Below, in pieces: positions 37,105 to 47,325 of a stretch of 63,323 bases of DNA. The DNA is from a virus (Duplodnaviria; Caudoviricetes): positions 1-63,323 of the IMG/VR virus record IMGVR_UViG_3300047457_000456, one strand, 5' to 3'. The notes beneath the pieces were generated by a model. The model saw only the letters and a program-made list of their open reading frames with translations. It was not told the origin of the DNA and ran no database searches. Position 1 is the stretch's first letter, and every line of letters begins with the position of its first letter. Position numbers and translations under genes: made by a program.

Positions 37105-38441
37105 CCACCTCTCGTAAATGTATTTACAAGACTAGCTTCCTTATTATATGTTGTTACAAGAGAAGGATTAACTACATATGCCACACACTGCTGTTCATCT
37201 ACTTGATACAACTCTGTAACAACAGCGCCAAGTGATAGCGATTGTGCTAGTAGATGCATGCGGAAAACTGGAAGTGTAAATGGTACGTTATACTGTCCAA
37301 CACCTGTAGTTGAAACGGAGCATATTTGAGTATCAGCAACGTCCCAGTTACAAGTTGTTTGATCATCATATAAATAATCAGGACATGGACACAGTCCGGG
37401 AATGTACCCATTAGCAGAAAGACTTGCTATACCATGTATGTTTGCAAATAAAGGTTGTGTTGGTGTATTAGGAGTGAAAGGATAATTATCTATCCGTGCA
37501 ACACCAACGATGCTTGAGGTGCGTACAAAAGAAACACCTGCTTGTATAGACGCTACACCAAGAATAGAACTATTTAAATATAAAGGATTAGCTACGGTAC
37601 CAGATGACGCTAACTGCGCTATGCCAACTATAGAAGATTGTAACTGGGTTGACGTTTGCGCCGTAACCGTTGCAATGCCATTTATTGATGACTGAACTTG
37701 GGTTGACCGCAATGCACTCAGAGATGCAATGCCATTAATAGCCGATTGCGCCTGTGTAGACGTAACTGCGGTAAGTTGTGCTATTCCTGCAATGTTTGAC
37801 GCAGCCGGTATAGCAGATGCTGTAGTACCAGTAGCTGAAAGGTTAGCTATACCAATGAGTTGACTGGTAATAGAATATTGTGGTGTTGCCGAAATACTGG
37901 CAATGCCAGTCATAGAAGATGCAGCACTACCAGTAGCCGTTGCCACTACCGTTGCAATGCCTTGTATGTCAGACGTAATGCTATACGTTGGAGCTGCAGT
38001 TAAACCAGCAATACCAGTAAGTTGTGACGACCTGTTAAATTGTATTGACGACTGCAGAGATGCAATGCCATTTATGTCCGCTGATCTAGGAAAGGATACA
38101 GACGTATCAACTTGTGCAATGCCAAGTATTTGTGCAGTTCTTGGGAATGATGGATTAGCAGTTAAACTGGCAATGCCAATACTAGAGACTTGACCAACAA
38201 ATGCAGACGATGCAGAAAGTTGCGCAACACCAGCTATATCGGATGATCTAACAAAGGATATGTTAGACGTAACATTTGCAATGCCATTTACTGATGCGCT
38301 TGCTTGTATGGATGGTAATGCCGTAAGCGTAGCAATACCAGTAAGACTTGCTGCTCCAGCGGTTGGTGCCAGTGAAGGTGCAGCAAGTCTTGCAGCAATA
38401 AAGGCTACTGTTATATAGCCAGCGCCAAGTGGTAGTGCCAT
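37095..38441 (-). CDS. Repeat-rich virion fibre protein
   Basis: About 20 tandem ~15-aa (S)SIxGIAxL(S/T)A repeats. Confidence 0.65.
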   Translation of the reverse strand: MALPLGAGYITVAFIAARLAAPSLAPTAGAASLTGIATLTALPSIQASASVNGIANVTSNISFVRSSDIAGVAQLSASSAFVGQVSSIGIASLTANPSFPRTAQILGIAQVDTSVSFPRSADINGIASLQSSIQFNRSSQLTGIAGLTAAPTYSITSDIQGIATVVATATGSAASSMTGIASISATPQYSITSQLIGIANLSATGTTASAIPAASNIAGIAQLTAVTSTQAQSAINGIASLSALRSTQVQSSINGIATVTAQTSTQLQSSIVGIAQLASSGTVANPLYLNSSILGVASIQAGVSFVRTSSIVGVARIDNYPFTPNTPTQPLFANIHGIASLSANGYIPGLCPCPDYLYDDQTTCNWDVADTQICSVSTTGVGQYNVPFTLPVFRMHLLAQSLSLGAVVTELYQVDEQQCVAYVVNPSLVTTYNKEASLVNTFTRGGCS

Positions 38442-38445
38442 TACA

Positions 38446-38910
38446 TTAGTTTAAGGTAACAGAAATTGCACCTGCAGCAAACGTAATAGATTGACCAGCA
38501 GTTAAAGTAACTGATCCACCTGTAAGGTCCCCATAATACAAAGCCGTCGATTCAAGAGATGACCCCACAGTTGATCCAGTACAAATAGCAATGCCAACAA
38601 TTCCAGTATGCGTTGCTGTAGCAGTAAATGTAATTGCTTGTGCATTTACTAAAGCTGCTCCAGCACTAGAAGCAGTGTTTGTACCAGCGGTTGTTGAAAA
38701 TTGCTGGCCAGCTGTACCATTAAACTGAGGTCGTCCACTAACACCAGTGTAACTACCACCAGCAGCCAACTCAGTAATTGATGCATCATCAGTCGAGTTA
38801 GTTAAAAATGCTAAATACAATGTAGTAGCACCTTTTGCTGTAAATGCTGCTCCACGCAATGTGGAATTTAATATCTCAGATTCGAGAGTATTTGTGAATG
38901 CCTTCGACAT
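38446..38910 (-). CDS. Virion structural/fibre-associated protein
   Basis: LExEILN..L...LYLAF.T...ITF...G.AI...YYGDL....T...G.SITF..GAI family pattern. Confidence 0.65.
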   Translation of the reverse strand: MSKAFTNTLESEILNSTLRGAAFTAKGATTLYLAFLTNSTDDASITELAAGGSYTGVSGRPQFNGTAGQQFSTTAGTNTASSAGAALVNAQAITFTATATHTGIVGIAICTGSTVGSSLESTALYYGDLTGGSVTLTAGQSITFAAGAISVTLN

Positions 38911-38911
38911 A

Positions 38912-39838
38912 TTACGTACCTACCTTTACAATCGGATCAGCGCTAACACTTGTTGTGATCGCTTGAGACCATATAACAGATGTGTCCGCTTCATTGTACA
39001 CATCAACCTGCGTTCCAGAACTTGCATCAACTTTATTGCGCAAGATGCGTAACGCATTTCGTACCGTCCTGCCACTTGATGTGGTGGACACTTCATTACC
39101 AGAACTGTCTAGATTACGCGCGAGAATAGCATCTGCTATCTCGGCTGTAGCACTAGCAGCTAATTCATCTGATCCAATAGCATCTGTCGCTATGGCTGCA
39201 GCGTTTATTGCGCCAGCAGCAAACGAACCTGAAGTAATACCACCGGACGCTACAGATCCAACGGATCCAGTTACGTTGCCACTTACGTTTCCTGTAACGG
39301 ATCCAACTGAACCAGTGACGTTACCGGAAACGTTTCCTGTGACACTACCTACTGACCCAGATACGGATGTAATTGTCTGACCTGTAGAAATAGTAGTAGC
39401 TGATAAGTTAAGTGTAGTGGTAGGTGAGGATACGTTTGCCCAGTCAATGCCAGCATTTCCAGCTGCACTAACATCAAGCGTAGTAGCATGAGTAGTTGGA
39501 TACAAGCAAGCTTGATCTCTCATTGTAAAACGCCCGACACATGAACCTACAACGCTAACTGAGTCAACCGTCCCAGTTGTAATGACGCACTCGTACGATG
39601 AACCATCAACATAGAACGCACCTGTGGTTGCTATAGAAACAAAGTTAAGCCCTGTCACGCCATCGTAGTTTGTAGTTAATGTGACTCCAGCAGTGTCTTG
39701 CGTCAGGTTGTTGTCCTTATACACAGACACAACTGGTGTACCTGCAAGCGCAAACGGCGCACCTGTAGATGGACGAAACGTCGTAAACATAAACGTGATG
39801 GTGTCGTTCTTGCCATAGTCGCCGATATATTTACTCAT
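38912..39838 (-). CDS. Structural protein, cassette 2 gene C (paralog of 41180-42115)
   Basis: YIGDY N-terminus, GNVTGSVGSV repeats, RTVRNALRILRNKV. Confidence 0.7.
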   Translation of the reverse strand: MSKYIGDYGKNDTITFMFTTFRPSTGAPFALAGTPVVSVYKDNNLTQDTAGVTLTTNYDGVTGLNFVSIATTGAFYVDGSSYECVITTGTVDSVSVVGSCVGRFTMRDQACLYPTTHATTLDVSAAGNAGIDWANVSSPTTTLNLSATTISTGQTITSVSGSVGSVTGNVSGNVTGSVGSVTGNVSGNVTGSVGSVASGGITSGSFAAGAINAAAIATDAIGSDELAASATAEIADAILARNLDSSGNEVSTTSSGRTVRNALRILRNKVDASSGTQVDVYNEADTSVIWSQAITTSVSADPIVKVGT

Positions 39839-40926
39839 CGTACATACCCCGCTAACGGATTAGCTGCTAAACCACCACCACCTGTTGGTGCGGTAATGTC
39901 AATTATCAATGCTTGCATAGCCCACAGTCGCGTATTTGTTTCAGTCCATGCACCTGCTCCAGTTCGCTCTGTTGCAGATATATCCGCAGCATCACCAATG
40001 AAACATATTCTGTCTGCTGCTGTATCTAAATCCCATGCATAAGTAACACCAGTGGCAGTTGCTGTTGTAGGTGCAATTGCAATTCGATAATAACTACCAG
40101 CGTTTAATGTAGCTAAAGTTGCGTCTTCCCAATATATAAGAGAAGGATAAACAGTACCCATAGACACTTCGTCTTTATCAACAATTGCTTCTTGTAATAC
40201 GGTTGTGCCATCAGTGTCATACAATCGCAATCGCCAGTCACCAGATGTGAGCTGCCCAGCAATCCTTACACCCTGTATTTTAAATGTTGAACACACCCCG
40301 GACGGAATACGAAAGTACAGTCCATATTCGTTTGGCGAACTACCTGTACCTGCACTTCTAGTTGTGATCGTCTTTATAGGATTGCCATAAGTTCGAGTTG
40401 CCGTATTAATTATAAATACTGGATTTTGGTTTGTTGACTTCACTCCATTGTCATTAACGTATGGTCCACGATGACCATAGGCAACATTAGCAATAGTTCT
40501 ACTTACGTTTAAAAAATCGCCAGCATCCCATCCAGCACCACCACCACCACCAGAAACTGGTTGTAACACCATAGCGACAACTTGACCACGTGTTAGTGTT
40601 ACCGATGTCGGCAATGTAGCAGTTACGAATGCGCCGTTATTAGCAGAGGTAACCGTCAATGCTTGGTAATTAGATACACCGCCTATCCATGTACCATTGT
40701 GTATACCAGTAGCAGCATCAACATCTTGCAATCCTACGCGTAATGCATCGGGATTACCTGTCACTGTTAGTTGTCGGAATTTAACCGATGTAACAGTCAT
40801 AGGCTCTTCGGCGCGAAACACATAAGAAACACTATCAGTTGTTGCGTCTATCGTTGCAGTTTGAAATGCTGGCGCACCACCGTTTGGAACAGGTATGTCT
40901 GGATATGAAAATTGAAACGCAGCCAT
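39835..40926 (-). CDS. Structural/receptor-binding candidate, cassette 2 gene B (paralog of 42112-43209)
   Basis: VF.AEE.MT.T, TLTRG, ATRTYG.P, RLY, WTE, poly-Gly C-terminus. Confidence 0.7.
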   Translation of the reverse strand: MAAFQFSYPDIPVPNGGAPAFQTATIDATTDSVSYVFRAEEPMTVTSVKFRQLTVTGNPDALRVGLQDVDAATGIHNGTWIGGVSNYQALTVTSANNGAFVTATLPTSVTLTRGQVVAMVLQPVSGGGGGAGWDAGDFLNVSRTIANVAYGHRGPYVNDNGVKSTNQNPVFIINTATRTYGNPIKTITTRSAGTGSSPNEYGLYFRIPSGVCSTFKIQGVRIAGQLTSGDWRLRLYDTDGTTVLQEAIVDKDEVSMGTVYPSLIYWEDATLATLNAGSYYRIAIAPTTATATGVTYAWDLDTAADRICFIGDAADISATERTGAGAWTETNTRLWAMQALIIDITAPTGGGGLAANPLAGYVR

Positions 40927-41177
40927 TAACTCACCTTAACCACGTTACCTGATGATTCATTGATGTCAAATGTTGCTACAGCAGTCTCATTGTTAAACTT
41001 GCGTACAGCAGTGACGCGACGCAATGATTCTATTGCAACAATATCAATATATTGATCGCTACAATAACTTAGAAAAGAGTCTTCGTCTGAAAACTCAATG
41101 CCAGACCCATCACTGAAAGTAAGAATCCAAACACCATCAACGTTCTGTCCTGCAAAGGTGCATTCTAGTTGAACCAT
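40926..41177 (-). CDS. Small protein, cassette 2 gene A (paralog of 43206-43466)
   Basis: DG...FSDEDSFLSYC..IESL. Confidence 0.7.
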   Translation of the reverse strand: MVQLECTFAGQNVDGVWILTFSDGSGIEFSDEDSFLSYCSDQYIDIVAIESLRRVTAVRKFNNETAVATFDINESSGNVVKVS

Positions 41178-41179
41178 TA

Positions 41180-42115
41180 TTATGAACCTCCATCAGGATT
41201 TACTGTCACATTAGCTGTATTACTTACAGTGCCTTCCCACGCAGCATCCGCATCATTCTCTTTGTATACAGCTATTGTGCCATTATTTACGACTACTTTG
41301 TTACGCATTGCACGTAACGCAGATCGTACTGTTCTTTCATTAAATACATCGACACTACTAGCACTGCTGTCTAACACTCTGTTAAGTAGCCCATCAGCCA
41401 TTTCCGCAATACCGTGTACGTGATATGGAAGAATTACAAATTCATCTCCAGTTTGCGGATAGTTAGTAAAGTCTGTCTCTACAGTAATTACCCCACCAGA
41501 TTGCGTGTACTGTAATACAGGTTTTGATTCACCCGTTAAAGTGCCAGTCAAAAACAGTAGCGTCTGATTATTAAAGGCCTCGTCTATATTGGTGAGGTTT
41601 GTACTAAAAGTTGTTGGTGTTGGTAATAACGTTGCTGTAACTTGCCCATCAGTTACATAGTTTGCTTTACGCAAGATGTCCATCAATTTACCAAACGTGC
41701 CAGCGGTAGTATGAGCAGCATATGCCTCATCCCACACGGAATCAGCAATTGCGTTACGCATAATCAACGCTGGGCTTCTATTCTCTATACTAAACTGAAA
41801 TAGAGGTACGTTGACAGTTTGCGTGTCTACAACTGCGCCAAACAGCACGACGACATAATCATTGCCAGCTGCATAGAATCCTGCATCAGTATTGTTACTA
41901 AGGTCAATAGATACGGCGTTTAAACCTGTAACACTGTCGAATCCACTTGTGTCTGTAATACCAGCAGTGGATGTGCGTTCAGTTACAGACGTATTCTTGT
42001 ACACGCGGATTGAACCAGCAGTAGTTCGGTTTACTGATGCACCAGCAGAAGCGTTAGTCCCAAAGAAATAACGTACAGTTGAATTGACTACAAAGTCACC
42101 AATGTATGGAATCAA
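41180..42115 (-). CDS. Structural protein, cassette 1 gene C
   Basis: TTG start at 42115 overlapping upstream TGA, with GGGAGG RBS; YIGDF...RTVRSALRAMRNKV. Confidence 0.7.
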   Translation of the reverse strand: MIPYIGDFVVNSTVRYFFGTNASAGASVNRTTAGSIRVYKNTSVTERTSTAGITDTSGFDSVTGLNAVSIDLSNNTDAGFYAAGNDYVVVLFGAVVDTQTVNVPLFQFSIENRSPALIMRNAIADSVWDEAYAAHTTAGTFGKLMDILRKANYVTDGQVTATLLPTPTTFSTNLTNIDEAFNNQTLLFLTGTLTGESKPVLQYTQSGGVITVETDFTNYPQTGDEFVILPYHVHGIAEMADGLLNRVLDSSASSVDVFNERTVRSALRAMRNKVVVNNGTIAVYKENDADAAWEGTVSNTANVTVNPDGGS

Positions 42116-43209
42116 TTGACTAACCTCCCGCCAACCACTGGGCCACCACCAGACGATCCTACTGTTGGAGTAAACTCTGTAACATCTAATCCCATAACCC
42201 ATCTAAATGTTTCAGACTCAGTCCACGTGTTTGCTGTAAGGTCACCATCTACACCTGCTGTTGGCATATCAGCTAAGCATTGAGCATCCTGCGCTCTAGC
42301 AAATGTAATACGCGATAAAGACAATGGGTTGCCAGAATTCTGAAATCCTACTAGATATTTTATGCCTGTCGTTAATGTTTGCGGTGAATTAAAAGGAAAA
42401 TACACCTGTCCGTTATCGTAAAACATTGCACGATTCCATGATGGTGTTCCGCCATCAGCTAACACTCTAGTTGTTATTATTGATGGCGGGTATGACGTTG
42501 CATTGTAAAGGCGCATATCTGCTGTTACAAAGTTGCCAGTATTGTCAGATGATAAGGGGATTAAAACGCCGTTTAACTTGCACGTAGCCCCCATTGATGT
42601 TGGTATGGTAAATGAGTTGCCAGCAAACATATTGGTCTGAAAACCGCCTACGTTATTTACAGTCTGAGTCTGCGTTGGGTAACCATACGTTTTTGTTGCT
42701 GAAGCTATGCCCCATCGAAATGCTGATCTGTTTGCCGTGCCACCCAAGTTAGAAAATGAAAACGGCAAACCAGAGATTGATAATGGGTCTCTTTTGTTTT
42801 GATCATGCACTTGTGCTACAGACAATCCACCAGACCATGTGCCATACGTTTCAATACCAATAGCATAAGTATTTCCACGCGTAATTGTTTGCGGTGTTGT
42901 TAAATTCCACCACGTAAATGTAGGTGCGGATATTCCCGGAGTAGTACTAATGTCGTTTGCATCGGTATACGTTTTTGTTGTTGGTGGATTTGGCATAAAA
43001 TACCCCTTAACGTACTGCCACATTGCAATTCGTATTGGAGGCGTTCCACTTGAACTAGTTACACACATTCCAAATTGTGTAATAGTCATATCTTCTTCTG
43101 CAGTAAATACCTGCATAATATATTGCCCAGTCCCACTAAAAGCCCAGTTAGCATAACTGAATGCCTGTTGAAACCCAGCGGTGAATCTACCAAGATTATT
43201 AAGTATCAC
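42112..43209 (-). CDS. Structural/receptor-binding candidate, cassette 1 gene B
   Basis: VFTAEEDMTIT, TITRG, ATKTYGYP, RLY, WTE, GGG C-terminus. Confidence 0.7.
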   Translation of the reverse strand: MILNNLGRFTAGFQQAFSYANWAFSGTGQYIMQVFTAEEDMTITQFGMCVTSSSGTPPIRIAMWQYVKGYFMPNPPTTKTYTDANDISTTPGISAPTFTWWNLTTPQTITRGNTYAIGIETYGTWSGGLSVAQVHDQNKRDPLSISGLPFSFSNLGGTANRSAFRWGIASATKTYGYPTQTQTVNNVGGFQTNMFAGNSFTIPTSMGATCKLNGVLIPLSSDNTGNFVTADMRLYNATSYPPSIITTRVLADGGTPSWNRAMFYDNGQVYFPFNSPQTLTTGIKYLVGFQNSGNPLSLSRITFARAQDAQCLADMPTAGVDGDLTANTWTESETFRWVMGLDVTEFTPTVGSSGGGPVVGGRLVN

Positions 43210-43466
43210 GTTACGACCACCCAGTTATTATCTGGATCACTAATAGACAACGATGCTGTTTTGCCAGCAACGCGCTGCTCTGAATAATCCATCAATAACA
43301 ACGTACGCAATAGTGATTCAATTTCTGAGGACATCACATAGCAATATCTTTGAAACGAATCTTCATTTTCAAATACTAATGACTCGGATCCGTTCCACCA
43401 AATAACAATACGTCCATCTGGTAGTTCTTCTGCGTTTAATATCTGTGCTGATGCTGAATACGTCAT
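43206..43466 (-). CDS. Small protein, cassette 1 gene A
   Basis: DG...FENEDSFQRYC..IESL. Confidence 0.7.
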   Translation of the reverse strand: MTYSASAQILNAEELPDGRIVIWWNGSESLVFENEDSFQRYCYVMSSEIESLLRTLLLMDYSEQRVAGKTASLSISDPDNNWVVVT

Positions 43467-43744
43467 TACACTTCAATCTTTTTAATTAACTTTTCAGCTA
43501 TAGCATTTACTAGTTGAACAGATCTAAGACCTAAAATCCCAACTGCAAATGCAACGCCTACAACTTGATCTGGCGTATTCCATCCTACTTGCTTAGCAAT
43601 AATTGGAGTTAAATAAACCGCTGAGAAGGTGCCAGCAACAACACCAGATAAACCATGCCAAATATTTTTGACTTTAGTTTTATCCCACCAGTCTGTACCT
43701 GCAACCGCTCCAACAGCACCTGCAATAAGTTGCTCTTTATCCAT
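43466..43744 (-). CDS. Putative holin
   Basis: 2-3 hydrophobic helices, charged C-terminus; start revised to MDKEQ. Confidence 0.6.
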   Translation of the reverse strand: MDKEQLIAGAVGAVAGTDWWDKTKVKNIWHGLSGVVAGTFSAVYLTPIIAKQVGWNTPDQVVGVAFAVGILGLRSVQLVNAIAEKLIKKIEV

Positions 43745-44033
43745 CGATGTCCCTCGTCGTTTCACTGACTTTTCTCACCTCCGGTAATTTTAATGAAAAA
43801 ACTGGGAGGTTGCTATCTTGTCGCATGAAGAAGGCAATCAACGCAGTTGTCATTGCTGGTATACCAGCCCTTATACCTTCTATGCTACTTAAAAGTAGTG
43901 CACGAGTCACCGTCCCATAAGACGCTGTGTCAGGAACATGTTGCGCTTTCCAAGCTGCATCAAACTCAGGAGCAGCGCTGGCAGTAAATGCAGCAAGTGC
44001 AATTAGTATCAATCTGCCCCATGAGACATTCAT
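43737..44033 (-). CDS. Membrane/secreted protein (lysis-associated candidate)
   Basis: N-terminal hydrophobic helix plus a second hydrophobic segment. Confidence 0.5.
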   Translation of the reverse strand: MNVSWGRLILIALAAFTASAAPEFDAAWKAQHVPDTASYGTVTRALLLSSIEGIRAGIPAMTTALIAFFMRQDSNLPVFSLKLPEVRKVSETTRDIDG

Positions 44034-44728
44034 TACTTGCCTCCACCTGCATTTACAGGCGGTATTGCAAACGGACCACCCGGTGCCTTATACGATGTAT
44101 CTAGTTGCGCCCAAAGAGTCATACGCGTAATGTCATACCAGTCTTTCCAGAATGCACGACCAACTAACGATGGGTCGTCATAGTTTTTCATTGCAAGCTT
44201 AGCTGCTACATATGACGGTATTGCCTTAAGTAAAATGTCATCTGGAGCAAAACTAAAAGCCCCAGATCCAGCAGTAATAGGTGAAGCAGTAACAGCCCCA
44301 ACAACATCAACTGAAACAGCAACCGTAGGCTTTGGATATAAACCAATTTGATATGGACCATTACGATACCAGTGAGTTGGTGTTCCATTTGTAATTAAAT
44401 ATGCCTGATTAAACGCTGATAGCTCTTGTTCACCACAGTGTATTAATAATGATCCACCTATAGATGCTATTTGTGGATACCACAAGGCAGTCCCAGCAAA
44501 CGAATTAACTCGACTAGTGGTTGAACTAAAAGTGTGTGTTCCCTGTTCATAACAACAGGTTCGTGTCATTTCATCTGCTGCTTCATTAATGTAGTCAAGT
44601 ATTGTGTTTTCGGAAGAAACTGTTGCTGCTCCGCCGACACCACTGGCTAGTTCACCAACTACACTAGCATTTGTTTCGTTAAGGAGTTTGAGTGTTTCGT
44701 CACGTAATACTGAAAACCCTAATGGCAT
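44033..44728 (-). CDS. Head-tail adaptor / tubular protein A-like
   Basis: I.DYINEA..E..R, G.P..WY, IGLYPKP, AI.SYVA pattern. Confidence 0.7.
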   Translation of the reverse strand: MPLGFSVLRDETLKLLNETNASVVGELASGVGGAATVSSENTILDYINEAADEMTRTCCYEQGTHTFSSTTSRVNSFAGTALWYPQIASIGGSLLIHCGEQELSAFNQAYLITNGTPTHWYRNGPYQIGLYPKPTVAVSVDVVGAVTASPITAGSGAFSFAPDDILLKAIPSYVAAKLAMKNYDDPSLVGRAFWKDWYDITRMTLWAQLDTSYKAPGGPFAIPPVNAGGGK

Positions 44729-45375
44729 TAGACTGTCCTCCGTGCATAAATTGCTGCATTGGATTCGACATGACCTAATCTATCTAGATACTCATTCTTA
44801 TAAATTGTCATTCCATCAATATCTCGCAACTGCATTGCGCGTAAATAAAGAACGTTATAGACAAGGCAATCATGAGACATCTCTGGAAGAGGACATTCAG
44901 ATGCATCTGTGTTTGGCAATGGGTTTCCATTAGTGTCGTAATGCCAGATATCTCCGGGCTGTGCGTAACCCTCTATTAATAAAGCATTGGTAACAGATTG
45001 ACTTGGCGGAGGAAGTAAAACAATTTTATTCATTCCGTGAACAGCACAGTATTCAGGAACATATTCTGCTTGTTGGTTTCTGTAATCTTCTAATATCTGA
45101 TCACTGAATGAAACAATTTTGATTGGCGTATAATCACCAGCTTCATCTTTGATTTGGATAACTCTAATTTTATAAATGTCAGGGGAACAATAATCACTTG
45201 TTCCCCCGACGGTAGATAAATAACGTCGCCCTACTAAACAATCAGTTTTTCGAGCAATGTCATTTGCAGCTTCAATGATTAAGTAATCTAGGCCAAACGG
45301 ATCTCGGTCATGATCACTACCAAAATAGTGGCGACCAAGCATTCTGACCCTTTGTTTAATTTGACCTAGATTCAT
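44728..45375 (-). CDS. Head-tail adaptor-like paralog
   Basis: MNLGQIKQRVR..., I.EA..DIAR, I.L.PPP, LPE.SH..LVY..LY. Confidence 0.7.
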   Translation of the reverse strand: MNLGQIKQRVRMLGRHYFGSDHDRDPFGLDYLIIEAANDIARKTDCLVGRRYLSTVGGTSDYCSPDIYKIRVIQIKDEAGDYTPIKIVSFSDQILEDYRNQQAEYVPEYCAVHGMNKIVLLPPPSQSVTNALLIEGYAQPGDIWHYDTNGNPLPNTDASECPLPEMSHDCLVYNVLYLRAMQLRDIDGMTIYKNEYLDRLGHVESNAAIYARRTV

Positions 45376-45385
45376 AACTTAATCC

Positions 45386-46237
45386 TTAAACAACTGCACC
45401 AAGACGGGCGTTTGCAATGTATGCATCACGAATAATAATGATGCCTCCTGCAGATCCGTTGCTTGTACATGCTAAGCGCAAGTATGGACGAGCTGTTGGT
45501 GCAATTGGAATTGTAAACTGACGGCCAAGGTCAGATGTACGTACCTTAGTAAACTGCATGGTTGCAGTTCCGTTAGATGCATATGTTCCAGATACCAATT
45601 GTGAGTTATTCAAAATTGGTAGTGGCTGACCACTATATGGACGCAACGTAAATGTTGTAGCAGATGGAACTGAAGCAACTTCAACAACCTGCCCAACAAC
45701 TGGTGCAGCAAGGAAGTTTGCAGGTCCATAGGTACCCGTGCCTATGTTGTTAACATACAAAATGTCACCAACTGCAAAGCTGTGCGCACCACTAGTAAAT
45801 ACACCAGCTGTAGTAGCAGCAGAAGTAGTTACAGCAGCACCTGCAGCAACAGTAGTTGTTGGTACGTTAGTATCAGCAGTTCCAACAGTAACCCAGTTTG
45901 TCAAGTCACTTGATGCCTGAACGCTAAATGTTTGTGATGTAACAGTTGCACAAATTGTTGCATCAACGATAGCAAATAGATCGTTACGCGAACTTTGTCC
46001 GGGAAGAACAATACCGCCAACATCAGGAGTGTCTTCAGCATACTGTGGGCGACCAACAATTGCCGTCTTGCTCCAACCGCCGTAAGCAAGTGGGCAGGAT
46101 ACAACTGATGTTGCTGAAGCACCCGGAGTAAATCCGCCATAATAACTTACAACAGAAGCACCCGGCGATGCAGCAATAGTAGATGCACCTAATGTACCTG
46201 CTCCAAAAAGGAACGATAATTTCATATCTCTAGCCAT
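45386..46237 (-). CDS. Capsid decoration/cement-like protein with inserted beta domain
   Basis: Directly downstream of MCP; VQASSD..NW..V...YLRL; insert HSFAVGD...SATTFTL. Confidence 0.6.
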   Translation of the reverse strand: MARDMKLSFLFGAGTLGASTIAASPGASVVSYYGGFTPGASATSVVSCPLAYGGWSKTAIVGRPQYAEDTPDVGGIVLPGQSSRNDLFAIVDATICATVTSQTFSVQASSDLTNWVTVGTADTNVPTTTVAAGAAVTTSAATTAGVFTSGAHSFAVGDILYVNNIGTGTYGPANFLAAPVVGQVVEVASVPSATTFTLRPYSGQPLPILNNSQLVSGTYASNGTATMQFTKVRTSDLGRQFTIPIAPTARPYLRLACTSNGSAGGIIIIRDAYIANARLGAVV

Positions 46238-46248
46238 AATAATCCTCC

Positions 46249-47313
46249 TTACGCGATCTTAACCGCAAGGCGACCAATTGAGCGAGTGTTCTGTGCCATG
46301 AGACCACAACCCCACTCAAACAGAACATTGTGCATAACGCCATTTTCCTGCGACTTACCAAGGTAGTCAGGCTTCAATGGCTTTGGCTGCCAGCCTTCAA
46401 GGTAACCCTTGCCGTATCGAACAGCGTAAATAGTTGTGGCATTAGCTACAGATGCGGTAGTTGCATCTGGAAGAACCCACGAAACAGTTACGTTTGTTGG
46501 AATAACTGGAGTTAATCCATCTGACTTACGTCCAACGACACGGACCTTAGCGTTTTTAAACTGCTCTACAGGACGATCAAAGTTGTCCTGTGTAACATCA
46601 AATCCAGAACCAAGTCCCATTACGCGAATAGCCATTTCAAAATGACGCTTCGTTTGCTCATTCATGTAGAGAACAATGCCATCTCCATCTGGGGAAGACA
46701 TGTTATCGAACAAGTTCTGGATATCGTGCATTAAGCGGTTAGCTGCACCAGAACCAGCAGTAGCAGTGCTTGCTGCAAGGATGTTTGCAAACGACAGGTC
46801 TGCACTCGATGCAATATTCATATCAGATGCAATATCAAACTGTGCCCAGTTATCAAGACGGTACTTGAGTCCGGGGAAACAGTCAGACGAGTTACCAGCA
46901 ACCAACGACGTTGGGTCATTGTTTAAGAATTTATCGTTAAAGTCATATGCAAAGCCTTCCATAAACATCTGGACTTGTGCATCAACTGGATCGACAATTG
47001 CGTCTGGCTGATCAAGGAGAACATGGTCAACTGTAATCATGTTACGCATGATGAACATCTGCTCTTCATACGACTTTGGCTTACCCTTGATTGCTTGTGG
47101 CTGGGAGTTAATACCCGTCCACGTAGGAAGAGGAATACCAGAGTTTGTATAGCGCAGACCAATCTGGCGCAACGATGGAGATGTGTAGAACGGGATGTCC
47201 TTGACTGCGTTCCACGTTTGATGAAGAGATTTGGTGATCTCCTTGACCATAGGATCGTTCGATAAGATCGCCTGATCTGCAAGGGTCAAAGCACCGTTAA
47301 AGTCAATAGCCAT
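46249..47313 (-). CDS. Major capsid protein (HK97 fold)
   Basis: LTLAD...I...L.....KDIPF, F.GL..RL, T.IYAVRYG, W..GL.....RSIGRL; AAAGGAGG RBS; follows scaffold. Confidence 0.85.
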   Translation of the reverse strand: MAIDFNGALTLADQAILSNDPMVKEITKSLHQTWNAVKDIPFYTSPSLRQIGLRYTNSGIPLPTWTGINSQPQAIKGKPKSYEEQMFIMRNMITVDHVLLDQPDAIVDPVDAQVQMFMEGFAYDFNDKFLNNDPTSLVAGNSSDCFPGLKYRLDNWAQFDIASDMNIASSADLSFANILAASTATAGSGAANRLMHDIQNLFDNMSSPDGDGIVLYMNEQTKRHFEMAIRVMGLGSGFDVTQDNFDRPVEQFKNAKVRVVGRKSDGLTPVIPTNVTVSWVLPDATTASVANATTIYAVRYGKGYLEGWQPKPLKPDYLGKSQENGVMHNVLFEWGCGLMAQNTRSIGRLAVKIA

Positions 47314-47325
47314 TTAAGGCCTCCT

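Noticed and set aside
39250-39360. DNA tandem repeat as a regulatory element
   Set aside because: Explained by protein-level GNVTGSVGSV repeats with synonymous divergence
42116-42202. N-terminal extension of the 41180 ORF
   Set aside because: Overlaps the upstream gene; the paralog and the RBS point to TTG 42115
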